Positions 52,923 through 64,000 of a DNA stretch of 64,000 nucleotides are shown here, one piece after another (positions within the stretch are counted from its first letter, which is position 1; the number at the start of each line of letters is the position of its first letter). The DNA is taken from NCBI GenBank assembly GCA_028534125.1, contig CM052817.1, positions 23,004,001 through 23,068,000 of the forward strand. The letters are read 5' to 3'. The DNA comes from Lama glama (lineage: Eukaryota). Under the pieces are notes generated by a model. That model saw only the letters and a list, made by a program, of their open reading frames with translations. It was not told the origin of the DNA and did not search any database. The position numbers were made by a program, and so were the translations under genes.

Positions 52923-53362
52923 GATGATCAGCCTGCTGCAGACGCAGAATAATATCATGGAGGTTTGAAATAATAGCATCAGGTGTTTGAAAGTGAAATG
53001 CATTTATTACACTTCTAGGTCCCAGAAGAAGGGTGTATGCCAAGCAGGGGGTCATATAAGAGGAGTTCCAAGGATGTGGGCTCAACCAAGGAGGTGCGGA
53101 GCTGAGAGAGAGTGAGGACCTAGGGGAAAGTGCCTTTGCTGGGGGATCAGAGTGGACTGCATAAGTCAAAGGCATGAAGGGACTTCATTAATGTATTTAA
53201 ATGCCACTAGGTCACAGTCAGGGGAGGGAAAGAAGGGGAGCTTGTGGCAGGGACCAGACTTATCACATTGGTGCACCTGATCACCTGGGCAGGGTGCCCA
53301 CAGCCTGTCTGTGGGGATGTTGAGGCAACAAGAAAATACAAAGTTTTTAAAAAGTACAACGC
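52923..53362 (-). mobile_element. 3' LTR of the class III provirus (MER73/74/76-group-like); last ~30 bp probably displaced to ~51120-51148
   Basis: Core aligns by eye with 59280-59455 (shared CAGACTTATCAC..TGGTGCACCT, GTCACAGTCAGGG, AAAGGCATGA). Minus-strand AATAAA at 53002-53007. Confidence 0.7.
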
Positions 53363-53479
53363 GATTGGCCCTTTGCTGTCTCAACATCATTAACAATACT
53401 AATTGGGATGGATAACACTTGTCATGTTTGTTGTGGAGATGTTTAAGGTGAGTGGGACAGCATGAAAAAGTGGGTCAAT

Positions 53480-54850
53480 TGTGGCAAAAGTAACAGCTAG
53501 GAAGAGTCCTATTGGGTGTGTGATGAAGATTTAAAACCCAGTTCTCAACCAAAGAATGCTACTTTGTGTGTAATTGCCAACAGAATTTGTCCAGTATCTC
53601 TGATTTTAAGGAAATCTGCTAGAAAAATCTGGTTATGTTATGAAAGATTTTAACCTTTTGGCCTATCTCTCATAACTTTGTACCTGTTCACTGCTAATAA
53701 TGAACATGCAGCAAGATGTACCTTGAATGGCACAAACTCCTTTTTTCCTGGCTAGTAAGTTGTCAAGAGCCAGTATGTCATCTTTTATCCTTTGAGCTGG
53801 AGACTTATGGGCTTGTTGCCTAAAGAATAATGTTCCATGTATTCTTTGAATATGATGTGAAGGGACACAGCAAAGTGTTATTTGACAATTATGACTTGAT
53901 TTCATTTGATAAAGCATGCTATACTGTTGTCAGTGGTGGTGGCTCCTGTGACTCTGACAAATCCTATTAAAATAGAAGTAAATATTTGTCATGTTACTTG
54001 GAATGCTTGGGTTGATGAAAACAGGGAGGTATCTGGTGGATAAAGAACTATGGGAATCCCCAGTGTAGCAACTGCATGCTGGGGTACAGCTTCATTAGGG
54101 TAACCACGCTGGGAAGTTGGCAAGGAAAAATATAAAAGATGCTGTAACTGTGAATTTGGGCCACAGTAAAACCTGAAGTTGTCATTATGCATAACATAAG
54201 GTGCCTGAGAGCACGTGGTGTTGTGTGTGACCATGGGGAAAGACTGGTTGTAGGGGCTGTGACGGGAAATGCAAGGTGCAAGAGATGGTGGTGAAAAGCT
54301 GGAAGAGGACAGCAAGAAAAGGTATCAGAAAGTGGGTGGTCCTCTTCCAGAGAGTCAGGAGGTTGACTGAAATGAAGCAGGTGCCTCCTGGGGAAAGCAA
54401 TAATCTTCATTAATTTTAGTAACCTCTCCCAGATTTCCCTTTGGGCACTGTTGTGTAGGAATGAATGTTTTAGCAGAAATAAAAAAAAAATATACCAAGA
54501 TCACAGGCTAAGCAGACTGTGAACTCAGAAACATAATAAAATTCCTAATATCAAAGGAAATGTCCTATGTCCAGTTTGGCCTTAAAGCATTCTGTGGATG
54601 TTGCTTGGGCAGAGACCTTAGTGTCCCTGTGATGGTGTCCCTTGCCCTGGGAGTGAAGTCTGAGGTGATGTCATCTACAGTGGTGAGTTCCCAGATTAGG
54701 TAATGCCATCTGGGTTGTGGCTTTGGAGTATCCTTTCCAAGAGGGTACCCACTAGAGTTGATGTGGGTTCCTGGATTGTAAACCATTGGAAGCACCCACA
54801 CCAGTAGTAACGTACAGACCAGCAGTCAACAGGTTGGTGTGCAGGTGTGC
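53480..54850 (-). pseudogene. env: Decayed retroviral env (gamma-type TM)
   Basis: ILALDNLLARKKGVCAIQGTSCCMFI gives an ISD-like segment plus CX6CC (53708-53734). Degenerate NL.DCW.C SU motif near 54813-54835. Confidence 0.75.
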
Positions 54851-54999
54851 TTGACATGGTTTTTGTTTTTGTTTTGGTGCAAATATAGGTTCAAATGGAT
54901 CCCATATCAAATGAGCAGCTGACTGGCCTGTGGGGCAAACTATATAGTAAATGAGTCCCAGGAGAATATGTGCCCAGGATCTGGGGGAAAGACCTAAGA

Positions 55000-57000
55000 T
55001 ATGTAAAAATAGGTTAAGGTCTGGTAAAGATACAGAACTTTAGGGTTTTATTGATTGTACTGGAATTTGAAAAGGAGTTGTTTGAGGAAAGCAATATGTC
55101 TCTTAATTAAACTAGTTATCTTGGACCTACCAGGCAATGGAAGTTCTAATGAACTTTTCTTTCAAGAGTCTAGCGTCAGTCTTTTGAAAAGAGAAAATGT
55201 ACATTTTGGTCACTACCAGTAATGTCTGTAATTCTGAAGAGAATAAGGAGTTCCCTGGCAAGGCTTTGCATTACAACCTTAGTATATGTAGAAACATATA
55301 TGATTTTGATTTATATTTTGGTTAACTGTGGGACAAGAATCTCTCAGAGTTTTTCATCCTGAAGGAGGCAACTTTTAGGAAATGGTTTATTACTTTATAA
55401 TAAATGTTAAGATGGGGCCATTGTTGGCCAAGTCATCTGGAACTCAGATGATTGCCTGAAGTTTGGCCAAGTATATTGTTTCCTGGGTCCCATCTTTTAT
55501 CAAGGACATTCTAGGTAAGGGATGGAAAGCAGTAATATTCCACAGAGCTTCAGCATGTATGATGGTTAGTCCATCAACTCCCATTGCTGTTCACTCAGTT
55601 AATCCCAGGGGTTCCCAGGTAGTCCCAGGTCTAGAGAAGAGGTGACCTGGGGAATCTGGTAATTGACTGAGGATAGGGGAAGGCATTTTCTCCCTAATGA
55701 GCCTGGATTTGGCTCCATCCTGTCTTAAGGAGGCCTCAGTAGCAGTGCTGAGGTTGTGAAGTGCTGTTTTCATGACCCAAGGATAAGAAGCAACTGGGTT
55801 TGGAAGGTCCCAGGCTCAGGGTCTGTGAGAACTTCTATTTCCAGGAGAACCCACTTACTACCCAATCATTTGTTGCTTGAATGGTGTATAACACAAAGCC
55901 AAGAGAAGCAATTGATTGCATTCAAAGCCCTGGGGCAACTAATGGCCATTGTAAGTTATTCAGAGACTCTAGGAGGCATAAGAAGAGGTGGCCAAAGCCT
56001 TTACAGTGAAGGGAGTTTCTGATGGCATTAGCAGCGTGCTTGTTGGTTTCAATGTGTAAGTAAAATCTGTAAATGAGGAATATGTCAGTAACCTAAAGGG
56101 ACTGAAATATGTTCGACTCATATGTCATTAATAGGTATGTCAAATGAATCTCTTTGAAGGAGGTTGTTATCAACGTAATGTCATACCTGTGTTCCTGGAG
56201 AAAGGTGGATGCAGTGAAAATCTTGTCTGCAAAGATTGTGTGTGATAGCAAAGCCCCTGAGGTACTCCATCAGTAGAATAGTCTGGAAAAGGTGTATTGT
56301 GTCCCTTCAGAGGCGAAAGCAGACTGCAGTTGAGAGGCTGTTGAGATAGGCACTGAATAGAACATTAGCCAAATCTATATGAGCAAAATATTTACTGGTT
56401 ATTGATTGAATAGAATCAGTAATTTTAATAATATTATATATTAATATATGAGTGTGGAGGTCTTAATGGATGGGTTCATAGGCCCTCATGGATGGGAATG
56501 CAGTTGTATAAATCTATTGTCAAGTTTTATTCTTCCCAGATTTAAGAGCAGGCAAAACTGGGCTGTCAGATAGAGAAGCCATGAGGTTAATCACCCTTTT
56601 GTTAATTAGGTTTCATATAAAAATTTTTAATCTTCAAAGGCTCTATTTTAATTTAGTTTGGGCCATATTAGCTGGGGGGATGGTCCCCGGAGTTCCATTT
56701 ATCAAGTCAATTTGTAAGTGTCAAAAACTTACTTTAATTTTAATTTATTATTCATTGTGTTACAGCATCTATGCTGAATATGGAATATTTTAGCATACCA
56801 TAGGTATTATGACCATGAGAAATTTAGGAAAGGCTACAGTTAAAGTGAGGCGTACTCATTTTTCCCCTATTTGTATTTAGTTTTTTTTTTTCTAAGATTA
56901 TAGGAGGCACTATGTTTAAATTTAGTAGAATCTCCAGGTATAATTATAATTTAAGCCCTGGTATAAATTAAATCCATAAAGTTTTGTCAATTGATATATT
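55000..57000 (-). pseudogene. pol: Decayed class III (ERV-L-like) pro-pol
   Basis: Protease FMDLIYTRA*IIIIPGD (~56930-56985), RT IDLANVLFS...EGTQYTFSRL...HNLCRQD...HYVDN (56166-56380), integrase SDQNVHF (~55194-55214) and SLIKRHIAFLKQL (~55075-55115). Confidence 0.8.
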
Positions 57001-57284
57001 TTAGCTAATGTTAAAATTAGCTGAGAACCTGTGTTGTATAGGCACAAAGTCTAATCTGTGCTCGTTTTATCTTCTGTTATACAAATTCTTTAGTATATAA
57101 ATTTTATGTATAAATTTTGGATTTCCAATTGGATCAAATTATGAAACTTTGTTTTAGTTTTGTTATATAGATAGATATATATACAACTTATATAGACATA
57201 TATGATATATTTATTATATATTTTAGTAAAAGATTATATGTACACATTATTTTATTACCTTTTATTTTCTCCCCTGTGTCTAGT

Positions 57285-58020
57285 TTTTTTTTTTTTTTTG
57301 ATTGAGATACAACAGACACTTTCTGTTAGCTTTGGGTATGCAATGTAATGATTCTACATTTGTACATATTGTGAAATGATCACCACAATAGCATCCATTA
57401 TCACACATAGATACAAATATTTTTTCTTATGATGAGAACTTTTAAGATCTACTCTGTCAGCAACTTTCAAATTCAGTATTACTACATACAATCACCATGC
57501 TATTCATTATGTCCCCATGACATTTATTTTATAACTGGAAGTTTGGACCTTTTGACTCCATTCACCCGTTTCACCTACCACCCATTCCCTGCCTCTGGCA
57601 ACCACAAATCTGTTTTCTAGAACTATGAGTTCTTTTTTTCTTTTTTTTTTTTTAGATCCCATATGTAAGGGCAATCATGCAGTATTTATCTTTCTCTGTG
57701 TGACTTATTTAACTTATCATCATGCCCTAGAGGTCCATCCAACTTGTCACAAATCACAAGATTTCCTTCTTTTTTAAGACTGAATACTACTCCACTATGT
57801 AGATATAGATATATAGATATAGATATAGATATAGATACAGATAAAGATATATACACATTTTATTTATCCATTCATCCATTGATGGACACTTAAGTTGCTT
57901 CCATATCTTGGCTATTGTGAATAATGCTGCAGTGAACAGGGAGGTGCATACATCTTTTTGAGTGTTTTCACTTCCTTTAGATAAATATCCAAAAATGGAA
58001 GTTCTGGATGGTAGTTCTAT
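57285..58020 (-). mobile_element. L1 3' end (L1MA9-lineage-like) inserted in the provirus, with internal (AGATAT)n
   Basis: Poly-T start, GATGAGAACTTTTAAGATCTACTCT, TTTATAACTGGAAGTTTG, CCTCTGGCAACCACAAATCTG; microsatellite ~57800-57852. Confidence 0.85.
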
Positions 58021-59039
58021 AGAAGTTTATTATTAAATCAATAAGTAATCTAGGGCTAGCATTATATTTGCTAGACTTGGCATTTGCTAAGTACATAAAG
58101 TTTGTTTCTTTTCTTTTTTTTTTTTTTCTCCCTTTTTTTTGGCTTTCAGCTTCCTGAAACCTGAGTCATTAGTTTCTGTTTCTGGCTGGTAAGAGGAAAA
58201 GTGGGAAAAGGGAAGAGGCCTAGTCAACCTCTTGACCACCTTTCCCTGAATGACCTCTATCTGCAAGAGAATGTCTTCCCCCTCCCACTTCCTCCTTTTT
58301 TTCTTAAGCAAAATATTTTTAAAATTACTTGAATCTCTTGGTGGTTAAAAGTATTTTCTCTCTCGGATATTTGGCCAGGTAGGGCCTCTCTAAGATGTTC
58401 CATCAACCTCCAAGGGACTGCAGTCTACATTTAGGAGAACAATAATGGCTGCAATTTTTTCTTTTATTTATTCATTTTTGTCTTGTAACAATTCAGCTTT
58501 AAGGAGATTATTACCATGTCAAATGTAGCAGCACAAATTGACTGGGAGATCTGTAATCACAAATGAACTGAGAAATCCCCCTCTTGGAGGAGGCGTATTA
58601 AAATATTAATTCTTTCCCATTGCTTTTCTTTTTTCCATTAAGCCACCCATCTTGATGGATGGAATCCATGATATTGCTTCGGTTTGCAGGAGGAAGAACG
58701 ATGGCAAGGGCTGCAGCTACTGACCCTTAGTAGGCAGCATGGAGGCAAGAGAGAGGGAGAGACTGACACTGTGAGGGAGGACAGCCAATTGTCTGTTTCC
58801 CCCAAGTGCTGTTCAGTGGACACATTAAATGATGCAGGCCTGTAACCTTTTCATATTGCAGCCCACTGGTGCCCTTAGCTGACTAGGATGGCTTCCAACA
58901 ATAAGCACTCAGAGAGACTCCAAGATAAAGGAACTCCTCTATTGACAAGGGTCTTTCCTCAAATCACAGTCACTCAAAGAAACACTAAAAATAACCAATT
59001 CACAAGGCCAATGACTCAAGATCCCAGAAGCAATAGTAT

Positions 59040-59630
59040 AATTTTAAATGAGTAATAGTATAAATTCTTAAATCTCCTACTTAATGAGATCATCGCTGGA
59101 AGTAATATCCTGAGGCATGTTATTGGAATTAGGATTCTAAGAGTACACACTTAAGATGGAGAGTTCTGGCATCACTTGGAAGTGGTAACACAAAGCCATG
59201 CAAAGCAGTATACAAGGACTCCAGCAGGACAGAGAGCCTTCCCAAATGGTGTGTGTGTGATAGTGAGAGAGAGAGAGGGAGAGAGGGAGGGAGGACCATT
59301 GGCAAGTGTCTTTATTGGGGAGCAGGATGGAGTACAGGAGCAAAAGGCATGAGTGGGGGTTTGTTGGTGCATTTGAATGTCATTAGTCACAGTCAGGGTT
59401 GGTCAAGAAGAGGAACTCATAGTTCAGATCAGACTTATCACCCTGGTGCACCTCTGGTCTCCAGCCTTGTGTTTTGTCTTGTGAGTAGCCTGTAGAGGCA
59501 CTAAGTTAAGAAGTGTTGAGTGAGAGTGGACTTCCCTTGTGCCTGCAGCTCTTAGGAATTCTAAATTCTAATTGTAAGATGTAGAAAAACACAGTCACTC
59601 TTTAGGTATTTTAAAAAATGTTTTAACTGT
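59040..59630 (-). mobile_element. Probable 5' LTR of the class III provirus
   Basis: Homologous core to the 52923-53362 LTR, same orientation, upstream of the gag/pro region; ends uncertain. Confidence 0.6.
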
Positions 59631-59659
59631 TTTTATCTTTTATGTCATGTCAGTGTCTT

Positions 59660-60440
59660 CCAATACTCTCCCCAACTGAACCAATTCATCTGTCCCATCT
59701 CTTCTCTAAGAGCCCTGTCACCGTTTGTAATTTAGTTTACCTAGCTGTCCTACAAACTCAGCCCCACTGAAGAGCTCCAGTAAAGTTATGATTTTATAGA
59801 TTATCAAAAAAAATTTGTCTTTAGATTAGGGACAATGTTTTCTTGAAACTTTCTACATCGTAATCAAAACAAATTTCTCAGTGGTTTGTTTTAATCTTTG
59901 TTAAATTAGATACAGTGTACTCATTAAAGGGTGAAGTCCTCCACTGTTAGTACATGGCCTCTCTGACATCTAAATTGAATGCAGGAGTTGTCATTGATGC
60001 ACCTCTGTGATGACTGACTCTTTGGAAATCGAACAGCTTCCAGCATTTTGAAACTTCTGTCGTGTCTGTTCAGCTCAGCTCCCCTATACTTTTCATTCAC
60101 AACCTATGGTCTTGTCCTATGCATGCACAGATAATAATTTAGACAGTTCAAAAAACTCCTACTCATATTTAAGGACTTCTTCCTCTCTAGTACCCTGGCA
60201 TACACCTCTGTATCCCCAACTCTTACCTCCATGGTGACCATCATGATATTTTTGGACTGCACTTTCCTACATTACAGTCTGGAAAGTGACAATAAGAGGA
60301 AAGCTGAACAATTGTTAAGTTTTATTTAACATTTTTCCCTCCCCACAGAATTCACATTTCTGTGTTACCTGTTGTCCAGTATCTAAAAATATTTGCTTTA
60401 TATATTTTGTTCATTTTTCTGTTTATGGGTGTAGGGTACT
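59660..60440 (-). mobile_element. Old L1 5'-region fragment
   Basis: TTACCTGTTGTCCAGTATCTAAAAATATTTGCTTTATATATTTTGTTCATTTTTCTG resembles L1M 5' ends. Confidence 0.45.
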
Positions 60441-61744
60441 CTAAAGTGATGAATGGTCTGTTATGATCTTAACATGACATTGATCCTTGTTAATTTTAAT
60501 GATAATATTATGAAGAACTTCAGCAATTAAACAGAATCTGACACAGATATAAATGTTACATAGATCATTTCTGTAATTTTTTGCCACTATAAAACCTATT
60601 TTTAAATGAAATGAATATGCCTCACATTGAAAGTGAGGACTAAGACCCTTTCAATCTACCCAACATTTTCTCATATCCATGTATTATGGACAACATGTTA
60701 AAACAAAACAACAACAAAAACAGGAAGCTACCATAGAATCCAAGAATTTAGATCTCAATGGAACTTAGTGATAATGTGGCAAAACTCTTAATTTCATGGA
60801 AATTAAAACCTAAAAAAAAAAAATTAAGTTCATAACAGGAAATTACTAATGGCTTTTGTTATCAGACCCAGGATTTAGCTTAATGGAATTTAGGTGTAGA
60901 TCCTGTTTTCCCATTCTAAGCCCAAAATGTAAAGTATCATTTTAAATAAGTGAAAATGAGAAAAACTAAAATATTTAAGTGAAGAATTAAAAAAATCTAT
61001 TTTTGGATTCAAATTCCTTTAATTTGTTCTTACAGAATGAATTTTTAAAAATACTCAACTGAATAAATATTTGGTAAGCATATCTGTATTTTTATCATAG
61101 CTTATTTGAGAGTGTAAAGGATATTATAGCTCAAATTATTATTATAGTCATGCATAACGTTAACTTCAACATTATGTCACAAATTACTTAAATGTGACTT
61201 TTAGGAGTTTAAGTCAACATTTCAAGGAAAAAACATTTGATTTTTCGTGAAACAACTTTATAATTAATTGGATAAGCGACAGATTGTTCAGTTAAAAGAA
61301 CTCAGGACTGGGAAGATGGAGTGAATTCCATTACAGTCTCTACAACTATGTACATGATTATTAGCTAACTCTGAAACCCTCCCCATTCATTCCACAAATA
61401 TTTATTGAGCTCTTACTGTACACATGGCTCTGGATCCACAGAATGAGAGAAAATGCCCTCATGAGACTTATACTCTAACCAGAAAACAGACAATTTGATA
61501 GTTTTTTATACCAACATGTTCAGAACATGTATGTATGTGTGTGTGTGTGTATATATATAAATGTGTTTATATATTAACACTTCAAAATTAACACTTCATA
61601 TGGGAAAATAAAACTGTATATAGACCAAAGATGACCCCTTGATAAAATATTTAAGCTGCAACTTGAAAAAATATTATTGAATGATCCTTAGAAAGATATG
61701 ATACCCTTATAAAAAAAAATGATCCTAGGAAAGAAGAAAGCATG

Positions 61745-61830
61745 TTCCAAGAAAGGAAGGAAGGAAGGGAGGAAGGAAGGAAGGAAAAGACAGAAAGAAG
61801 AGAATGAATGAAGCCCAGGAGGGGAAGAGA
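61745..61830. repeat. (GGAA)n purine-rich tract
   Basis: GAAAGGAAGGAAGGAAGGGAGGAAGGAAGGAAGG. Confidence 0.85.
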
Positions 61831-63394
61831 AAAGTTTGGTTTGTTTTTTGTTCATTTGTTTGTTTGTTTTTTGATAAAAGATTATCTACTATATATATGC
61901 CAGGCAGTATATCAGGCTGTGGAAGTTGTAAAGGTATATAGTGAACAAAAAGTCTTATTTTAGGTAACACTAATGAAGGCTGAAATGGAAACCAAATCAT
62001 CTTGATATATACCAAAGAGCTCAACACCCTCATCTTCTCATCATGTGTAAATCAACCAAGACATTGATATGAATATAAGAAGCCTTCTATACATTGAGCC
62101 TAAGAAGAGCTTGGTCGAGTCTCCATTCCAATCCAGATCACTCCAGTGAGTGTGGAAAGGTGAGGCTCTTCTTTAAGAGCTGAAGTCTAAGTTGAAGAAA
62201 GGGATAGAGAATTAGTAAATTTTCCCTTTAAAAAAATAAGTCTTCTTAGATCAAACATTCCAAAAAAAGTAAGTGCTGTTCAGTACATCAGGTGAATGTT
62301 AATCTTTCTCCGAGAGATGATTTTATTCTGTGTGTGCCAGGAAATCAGTATTTGAAACCTCTAATAAAGAGTTTGTAAACTGTGTACCAGGTTGATGGTG
62401 CCTTGGGAATCCTCTTGAGAGAGAGCGAACTGTAGTTCCTGAGGGTATTCCAATGTTTTGTTGTTTACATGGCATTTCTTGCCAAAATTTACACAGTGTT
62501 TTTATTCATGACAAATCAGCCTGTGGAAATATTAATATAAAATTATATCTGACAGTTGTAGGCTAATCAGTTGAAGAGCAGCAGTGTTGTTATACATACT
62601 AAGAACAAGGCATAATTTGCCTTAGGAAAAGTATTCCATGTGATACTAAAATTTTATCATTATTATTAATAATATAGATCTTCTTGATAAGTGTCTTTTT
62701 TAACAAGGGTAATATGTTATTAACCATTTTTACCATCAATAGCATTTTCCTAGGATTGCAGACATTCAATTTAACTATATAATCTAATTCTTACAAGTCT
62801 TCTTCGTGTATTACTCTCTGAATAACAGAATGATTAACCAAGTGTTCTTGCTGAATGATTTCCTAGTGTTCTGCAAATTATATAGAATCCATGATTGTAA
62901 GTTTTGAAAGACTATTGTGCATAGATACATGATTACGTATATAAAATTCAGAAACTCCCCTGTTTGACTTTGAAATGTGATCCTTTATTTGAGAAACGAA
63001 AGTATGAGTGTAAGAGAGAAGAAAAAGATTTATATATCTGGCTCAGAATATCCTTTTCCCACTAGTCTTCAACTTAGAATCATAAACTTTTTAAAATGGC
63101 CGTGTTTACTAACTACAGTGTTTTTGTCAACAATGTTTCCTAGTCATAACTCTCTGGTTTCCAAATCGTACAGAACTTTATACTTCAGTTAAAAAAAAAA
63201 AAGTGAGAAAACCATTTCCTGACTCTCTTCATTTGGTGTCTCCCCATTGGTAAATTTATGAGATCATCCTCCCTGGTAACCAAAGAATGATATAACATCA
63301 AACACAAATACTTTGGCTACTTGAGTGCTAATGAAATTAAATGCAACAGATGATTTTATACACTAAATAAGGATAGTCTGAAGTATTACATGAG

Positions 63395-64000
63395 ACTTTT
63401 ATTTTATTTCATTTACTGAAGTATAAATGACTTACTGTATTATGTTCATTTCAGGTGTACAACATATTGTTTCAATATTTTGTATGTTATGAAATAATCA
63501 GCACAATAAATCTACTTACTGTCACCATACAGATTTATAACAGTGCTATTGACTGTTATTCCCTGTGCTATAAATTACATTCTCATGACATACTTATTTT
63601 ATAACAGGAAATGTTTATTTCTTAATCCCCCTTATCTATTTCTCATATCACTCTACTCCCGTCTCTTCTGGTAATCACCAATTTATTTTCTGTGTCTGTA
63701 AGTCTATTTCTGTTTTATTATGTTTGTTCATTGTTTTTTATTTTTGTTAGAGTCCACATATAAGTGAAATCATATGGTATGTGTATTTCTCTGACAGATT
63801 TATTTACTTAACATATAGTCAAGGTCTATCCATGTTGTTGTAAATCACAAGACTTCATTCTTTTTTATAACCGAGTAGTATTTCATTGCACATATATATA
63901 CCACATTTTCTTTATCCATTCATTCACAGATGGATGTACGTTGTTTCCTTATCTTGGCTATTTTAAATAATAATGTAATGAACATAGGGGTGCATATATC
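63395..64000 (-). mobile_element. L1 3' end (L1MA9-lineage-like), runs off the window
   Basis: TTTCAGGTGTACAACATA, TCCACATATAAGTGAAATCATATGGTAT, TTTCTTTATCCATTCATTCA; homologous to 57285-58020. Confidence 0.85.

Noticed and set aside
53663..53917. Env ORF as a syncytin-like co-opted gene
   Set aside because: Only a short fragment is open; SU and fusion peptide regions are frameshifted and contain stops
58770..58800. ATTGGCTGTCC (minus strand) as primer-binding site
   Set aside because: Lies ~250 bp from the inferred LTR end and does not match a tRNA 3' end I can identify

Overview
Mammalian (eutherian, probably laurasiatherian) genomic DNA. It is AT-rich and dominated by old interspersed repeats (L2, MIR, L1M, MLT1/MLT2, Tigger, MER53), with two fixed-length 500-N scaffold gaps. 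I recognise no intact protein-coding gene: the ORF track is mostly chance ORFs, gap artefacts or decayed transposon frames. The only CpG-rich, promoter-like segment is at ~23.1-23.95 kb and has an unusual GCGTG-rich core. The most informative structures are retroviral. (i) A decayed ERV-L internal region (28.5-33 kb) is interrupted by a much younger 518-bp solo LTR with a perfect 6-bp target duplication. (ii) A decayed minus-strand provirus (~52.9-59.6 kb) pairs an ERV-L-type (class III) pro/RT/IN with a gamma-type env (CX6CC). (iii) Inside that provirus's 3' LTR is a 5'-truncated, polyadenylated, U5-less ERV1-like copy that looks L1-retrotransposed. I found no evidence of a new biological system. 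Repeat family names come from recall of consensus sequences, and most repeat boundaries are approximate.
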